This document shows positions 53,201 through 64,000 of a DNA stretch of 64,000 bases, piece by piece; position 1 is the first letter of the stretch; each line of letters begins with the position of its first letter. The DNA is from Amoebophrya sp. A120. Lineage: Eukaryota; Protista; Dinoflagellata. A program made the position numbers and the translations under genes. The stretch is taken from contig CAJINV010000004.1 of assembly GCA_905178155.1 (NCBI GenBank), positions 7,942,771 through 8,006,770 of the forward strand. Reading direction: 5' to 3'. A model generated the notes under the pieces. The model had not been told where the DNA came from, searched no databases, and saw only the letters and a list, made by a program, of their open reading frames with translations.

Positions 53201-56200
53201 CAGCCGGCGCAGCAAACGTACGCCATTCCGGTTGAAGATCCACCTCTGGCTCCTACTCCGGGTGGCAGTGCCGGGAGCCAACACGCCTTTCCGGACGCGA
53301 ATCTAACCGCACGGATATTAATTGCAGCCCAGGGGGACAAGAATTCAGCCGTCGACGTCCACCGCATTGATCATGTGTTGAAAATAAATGAATCAAATTT
53401 ATTGTTCACCACGAGCCAGCGCGACGAAAGCGCGGACACCTTGTTGAGACGACCCGGAGGTCCTCTGGTATTTGCTGGTGGTGGTACAACGGCGCAATTT
53501 TTACAGCCGAGAGCTTCTTCCTCCTCGTCCAGCACAACTGGTGTGCTCCCTTCAGGACCAGGGGCAGGCGCAGCTTCTGGTACAACACCGGGCACTTCTA
53601 CGCATCAAGCTGGAACTCCAGCACCAACTCCCCGAACCCCGTCAACACTGTTGATACCCGGTGTAAAATCCCGGAACTCTCCGGAAAACAAAAAATTCTT
53701 CGGCATGCACCTGCCAAGTGAGGTTTTGGAACGGATGCAGGCAGGGGAGACGTGGATATCAACTGCAAAAATGTCTGCGTCTGGAAGAATGCGCGATTTG
53801 TCATGCAGCTTTTCCATGACCCATGAGACCTGGAATGCAGGACCTAGCATGACAGATTCTGTGCGATCTCTCTCATACCTATCCTGCATGAGAAAATCCC
53901 TCCCGACTTGGTCGAAACTGGACGACTTTTGGTAATCATGCAACACAGATTTTTGCACGTTTCAGATTTAGCATGACAAGTTGCATGATTCTTCCAGACC
54001 TCCCAGACACTTTTACAGTTGATAGTGGAGACGCTTGGACGACAAATTCTACTACTTTCAGCCGAGGGACTATGGGAGTGTCAGGATCGAAATCGACAAA
54101 GTCGAAAAATTTGTCATGCATAAAGTGTAGGGCACGCGAGGCCTGTATTGGGGAACAGGCAAATGAGACCGATTGCAAGCCTGTTTAGGGGTACGGGTAT
54201 ACAATGTGTTGCCAGAGTAGCATTACAGGAGCAGTCTGCTTTGCCCACACAGCACGACAGACTGGATTTTGGTGGTCCCAAAATTTGTCATGCGCCAATT
54301 GGAAACTGAGGCTCCAACTGGCATCGATTTTGTGCATCACAAATTTTTCGATTTTGTCGATTTCGATTCTGACACTTCCATAGGGACAACGTCGCATTTC
54401 TCACTTCGATCGCAGACTACCTCCAGCACCAATACAACAGCCCTAGTACAAGCGTACAACCTCCCGATGAGAAGGTGGAGAAGGAACAGGTATTCTGTGT
54501 AAAAACGTCCCTACCCCAGAGACAAGGTGGGAAATCTGCTAGACAAATGCGCCAGCATTAGTTGTTGCCGTTGCGCGTGACAAGTTTGCCCTCGTAGTTT
54601 TTTCATCCTGTTTAGTTACTCCAGGAGCATCACAGATCTAGCATCTTATGCTGATTCGAGCATCACGAATTCCACAACACGACTAGAAAATGCTTCGCAT
54701 GGGGCTCCGCATGCGAAATATTTCAAGCGTGCAGACTTGCATGACAACTCTGTGGCGGGGACGTTTTTCTTTTTGCTCAGGATAACAGGCCTTGCTATTG
54801 CGCGAATTGGTTCTGGTTCTCCGCGAACTGAACGCGTTGCACTTGCAACGAGCGTATCAACTGCAAAAATGTCTGGGTCTAGAAGAATACAAACTTGTGA
54901 TGCGCATTTCAGAACACAGAAAAATCTCTCATGCATAGGCAGCAAAAGTTGCCCACTTTCTGTCACCAAAATGGGGGTTTTGTCATGCGGATTCGGCATT
55001 GCGGAAGCTTCTCGAAACCTGTGATGTTAGAGCTTCCATGCCAGACCTTTTGTGTCATGCAAAAACAGCATGACTCTTCCAGACCCAGACACTTTTGCAT
55101 TTGATAGAGCGGAGAACGTACGGAAGGGGTTGCTAGTTGTACCAATGAAGCACCAGGTCGTGAGAAGTACCACTAGCGGCTCATCAGCGGTCAACAGCGC
55201 AGCAGGAGCCGGAAAGATGATGATGAAAAAAACTTCAACTTCTTCTGTGAAGGGGCAAGAAGATGAATCGGTTTTTCAAGTGCCGCAAATCCAGACCGTT
55301 TCGCCCTCCCCCGTCGAGCCGGAAGAGGAGGAGAGCGACCCGAGCGAGGCGCACGCGGAAATTTTTGTGTCGCCGAGGCAGACCTACCGCCGGGGAAGGA
55401 CGGCTTCTACAGGAGACGCGACGACTCCCACGACGTTATGCGCCGGAAGAAAGAGTCAGCACGTAGAAGAAGATCACGACGCAACAACCTCCTCCGCGTC
55501 GAGTGCAGCTGCCGGCACGGCGAAAGATCGGCTCAACCGGAACGATGTGAAAATCCGGAAAATCAAAGCGGTGATGAAAAACCGAGACAAGAACTTCTCA
55601 TCGCCCCGTATGACCCGCTCAGGTGTTACAATCTCAAACGTTGCAATAGAATCTGGGATTTGTCTTGCATGATGAGCATGACAGAATCGCAGAGCATTCT
55701 ACTTTCTGCAATACAAATGTCGCCAGATTCTAGTGCGCTTTGGGGCTCCGATGAAACTTGTCATGCGCAATCCTGTGGGAGTAGGCCAGATGTTGCGCAT
55801 TTTGCAACACAAGTTCCAGATTCCACTGTAACGTTTGAAATTGTAACACCTGAGCAGGTTATACCCCGGAGTGGTCCGAAGACTACACGACAAGCATGGG
55901 CAACAAAAAGTTCTTCGACGGGTGTAGAGGTAGTTTCAACTGCATCATCTCCAGGACAAAGTGCTACTCCTAGTCCTAAGTCGATGCTTTCCCCAGGAAA
56001 TAAACACAACAAACTCTTCAAGCGAGTCCTAGCCTCTTCTCCAACAGGAGCGGCGGACCACATCACTAGGGAAGATGAATTTTTGCACGACGAGGAGGGC
56101 CACACAACAAGCCCGACGACATGTGTACTAGCTGCAGACGATCAAGGCTCAGGTTCTGACGCACGGGAGGAGTTTGTGATTGAAGATCGCAATTGCTGGG

Positions 56201-56812
56201 CCCTCGACGGAGGTGAAACATGTGCGGATCAACACCTGCGTCAGCTTCAGGAAGAAAACAGTCGCTTTGGAACAACCACCATGATGACCAGCCTCGGGGA
56301 CGCGATGTTGGAGCTTGACCACCCGGCTCTGGGTATGTAAGGAAAAGCTATAAATAGGTTTTGCATAGTTCCTTCGTGATATCCAGGCATGACAGACTTT
56401 TCGTCGTGTCTTGGATTTGCATATAATACAAACCTGCGTTTACATTTTTGCATGGGAGGTGTATTTTAGTTTTTACGAGAACAACTAGTACGTATGAAGT
56501 TGGTGTACTACCGCGCGATGTATGCAAATCCCCATGCTTGGAAATCTTTCCCCTGCATGATGCACCACTTCGAATTGGAGAATCCAGAATTCTGCAGGGA
56601 GTGGTGGAACCGCCAAAGCTCTTCCGATATGAAATGCAAAAGTTGTATCGTACTAGTTCTAGTAAGTAGTAGTAATCGCATTGCAAATTTTCTCAGCATG
56701 ACAAATGATGGTTTAGCTTGGAATAGGCTTAGATTTGTAATGCATGAATGCGATTTTTACTACGAGTGCGATACTTTTGCACAGGATATCCGATAAACCG
56801 CATTGCGGGTGA
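47257..56812 (+). CDS. Large low-complexity protein with ankyrin-repeat-like segments
   Basis: Frame is continuous across 17 elements plus GT-AG intron 56333-56488; contains DDKGYTPLHE, VARVLLEFGADVDA and LAALLLLHGAD. Confidence 0.7.
47912..48172. mobile_element. Intronic TIR element A
   Basis: DR CTACA. Confidence 0.92.
48223..48378. mobile_element. Intronic TIR element B
   Basis: DR GAAAA. Confidence 0.92.
48774..49035. mobile_element. Intronic TIR element A
   Basis: DR GGGAG. Confidence 0.92.
49092..49330. mobile_element. Intronic TIR element D
   Basis: DR GTGGA. Confidence 0.92.
49676..49983. mobile_element. Intronic TIR element G (TATGGGAGTGTCAGGATCGAAATCGAC)
   Basis: DR GCGTT/GCGCT. 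Confidence 0.88.
50024..50277. mobile_element. Intronic TIR element A
   Basis: DR TGGGT. Confidence 0.9.
50828..51089. mobile_element. Intronic TIR element A
   Basis: DR CTGGT. Confidence 0.92.
51175..51332. mobile_element. Intronic TIR element B
   Basis: DR GAGAC/GACAC. Confidence 0.9.
51752..52003. mobile_element. Intronic TIR element A
   Basis: DR GCGTC. Confidence 0.92.
52063..52344. mobile_element. Intronic TIR element C
   Basis: DR ACGGT. Confidence 0.92.
52535..52671. mobile_element. Intronic TIR element B
   Basis: DR GTTCG. Confidence 0.9.
53757..54024. mobile_element. Intronic TIR element A
   Basis: DR GTGGA. Confidence 0.92.
54071..54382. mobile_element. Intronic TIR element G
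   Basis: DR GGGAC. Confidence 0.92.
54491..54784. mobile_element. Intronic TIR element C
   Basis: DR ACAGG (gives GT-AG). Confidence 0.9.
54855..55106. mobile_element. Intronic TIR element A
   Basis: DR GAGCG. Confidence 0.92.
55609..55863. mobile_element. Intronic TIR element H (TATGACCCGCTCAGGTGTTACAAT)
   Basis: DR CCCCG. Confidence 0.92.
56628..56788. mobile_element. Intronic TIR element B
   Basis: DR TCCGA. Confidence 0.9.
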
Positions 56813-58000
56813 CGACTGACTTTGTTCTGTAGTTATGTGTTGTTTCTAGTATTAATGCATGACAGAACTACATTAAATTTCGATTCGACCACCGATCGAT
56901 TCGAAAAAGAAAAAATCACATCATGCAGGCCTGCTAAGTGTGGGCACGATAACTCATTATCGACGTTTCTGAGGATATAGAAAAAATTGAAAACCTGCCG
57001 TCTACCAACTTGATATATTTTAACCACCCGCATCGAATTAATATAGCCAGTATCGAAGATCTCTACTGCTCCATAATTTTTCTTCTACTCTTTAATTCGC
57101 TGAAGTATAGCTCACTTATTCATCAAAAAATTCAAGAGGAAAACTTCCCACACTGCCGAAACGTGAACTCTAAAAAACTTAAATGCCCCTTCGATTCTTC
57201 ATCATGCGTCGCGCCTTCTGCTCGGAACATCGTAATATTCGTGCGAAGGGAAGACTACTTACTACATCAGGCAGAATTCAACATCTCTCGGGATGAATTC
57301 GGCCTGATTTCGTTCGGTTTTCTACTGTTTTCGCTATACGATGGACCACGAGTTAAAAAACCAACCTTGCCAAACTTTTGACTTTTGGACACAGGAAGAA
57401 TCAAGAAACGCATTCGATGAAGTTATGAAATATGAATGTCCAAATACAACAACACTAGGCTGATAGAATAAGCTTTTACTGGAGATGAAGAAATCTACAG
57501 CCTCATCGTCGTGTGCAGTGTAAATGTTGTCATCTTATCGTGCTAGAAATTGTACCTATTTCGGTTTCGCTTCTGTGAATCCTCTGTATAAATTTTTCAG
57601 AACTTTTTTTTTTGTTTTTTACGAGCAGATCAGCCGAAGATAAGAAAGCATTTTTTATGCATATCCGCCCGATCAAGACCCAACCAAGACGAGCTCAAAG
57701 ACGAAGCAATAAAATCCGAGCCTACAGAAGATAATCACATTAGTACAACCGGATCGCGCAGCCTGTTGTACTATCCGCATTTTTACCTTCGGATTGCAAA
57801 TACGATTTTACTACTTTCCACGACGGAGAAAAATTCTATAAAACGAAACGCACCACGAAGATGAAGACTAGAAAAAACCCAATGTAAGATATAAGTTAAA
57901 AATTCGGCCCAGAGACTAGTAAAGTAGATACAAATTTCCTCAGACCACGATAAGTAAAACTTGCGATAGAGCTCTGACCCCAGCTGTACCTTCGGCAGAG

Positions 58001-58149
58001 TATCCTGTGCAAAAGTATCGCACTCGTATAAATGCAAGTCTTGCATTGCAAATCCTGTTCCCAAGGCAAATCTGCATTACAAATTTTATTTCTCATGCTG
58101 AGGAAATTTGTAATGCATTTATACGAGCACGAAACTTTTGCAGTTCATA
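58001..58149. mobile_element. TIR element B outside the confident gene models
   Basis: DR CAGAG. Confidence 0.92.
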
Positions 58150-59256
58150 CAGAGGCCGACCGGTTGATGATGCTGTCAGAGGTCCTAGTACAGCTACCCG
58201 TCGTGTTTGACGAATAACTTTTTCTTGATTTCCCACCAACATTGGTTTATAATTGGTGGCGGTGGTTCCATACCCAAAACTTTTAGCTGCAGCAAGCTTT
58301 ATTTTCATTCTGCTTGCTATTTCCGTACAACTCGATAAATTTCGGATTTCTACGTCCGCAATACCGAAAGACAACATAGTACCGAAAATTTTTTCCCGAG
58401 AAATGCAATCCAACTTGTCAATACAGAGTTTCAATATTATACCAGAAATATCTACTTTTCGAGCCTGGACTTATGTGACAAAACGCAGCAAAGAATACTG
58501 AAAGAACCGCTTTTTTTTTCAAGCGATGCAATATCCTGTTGTAGATGATGGAATTGCTTTACACTTTTTGACTGTCAAAAACTTAAACTTCATCAACTGA
58601 ATATCGTGGGAGCAACAAGTAAATGGGGAAATGAAGTAAGTAGTATCTACTACAACTTATGAATACGAATTTGAGTTTTCTCCTCCCTGTCTGTCGAAAA
58701 TAAAGCTGTAGATTCGATTGGTACTTAAAACAACTAGCAATGAAATTTCAAAAAAAAAATCAGCTTCTCTTAGTCGAGTAAGTGTGCAGCAGCAGAGACT
58801 TGCGTTCTTCGGAAATCTGACGTCGAATCTTGAATAAATCGACCTAGTTCTTATGCTGTAGATGCAAGCAGGGGCTTGTGATCATACACGTCAGTGAATA
58901 ATTAATGCACCAAGCATGACAGATTTAGATTTTTCCGTGGCTTCACTATAAAGCCATGACGAAATACCTTCATGGGTGGCGCAACTATCGTCAGATAATA
59001 CTTCTTCGGTTCACGAATGATACAGAGGGCTAATACGGATAAATAAAACATCCGAGCGAAGCAGAGGCGAGGGAGTGTGCAAGAAGAAGAACGGCCACGG
59101 AGTGTGACCAAAACGTTCTTGCGCCATTGCCATTACGCCTTGATTGTAAAGAGTCTACCGAGAGGTGCGAAGAAAAATACGTGATAGAAGGTGGATTTAA
59201 AGTTACCACTATCCAGCTGATATTTTTAGGCGCAAAAAGCAACTAACATCTTCAAG

Positions 59257-64000
<4,744 letters not shown>

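Overview
This is eukaryotic nuclear DNA, most likely from the dinoflagellate lineage. The evidence is a 20-nt match to the dinoflagellate spliced leader at 61907-61926, co-oriented genes, and intron architecture like that described for the syndinian parasite Amoebophrya. About 13 gene models lie on the + strand: Sec61-gamma, a tandem glutathione-peroxidase-like protein, malate:quinone oxidoreductase, a bicupin ending HREL, HSDL2-like SDR ending SKL, a large ankyrin-containing protein, a katanin-p60-like AAA ATPase, and several hypotheticals. The genes are interrupted by about 89 short (137-326 bp when free of insertions) MITE-like elements from at least 9 terminal-inverted-repeat families (my labels A-I). 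Nearly all begin TAT, end ATA and are flanked by a 5-bp direct repeat. Removing an element plus one repeat copy restores the reading frame at essentially every coding site, although most junctions are not GT-AG. The elements insert in both orientations and share an internal GCAT(G/C/T)ACAAA motif. They also nest, carry cargo (an ~800-bp foldback, a spliced-leader-headed retrocopy, a LINE-like fragment) and appear to decay into ordinary GT-AG introns. Coordinates were counted by hand and may be off by 1-2 nt. No transcript data were available.
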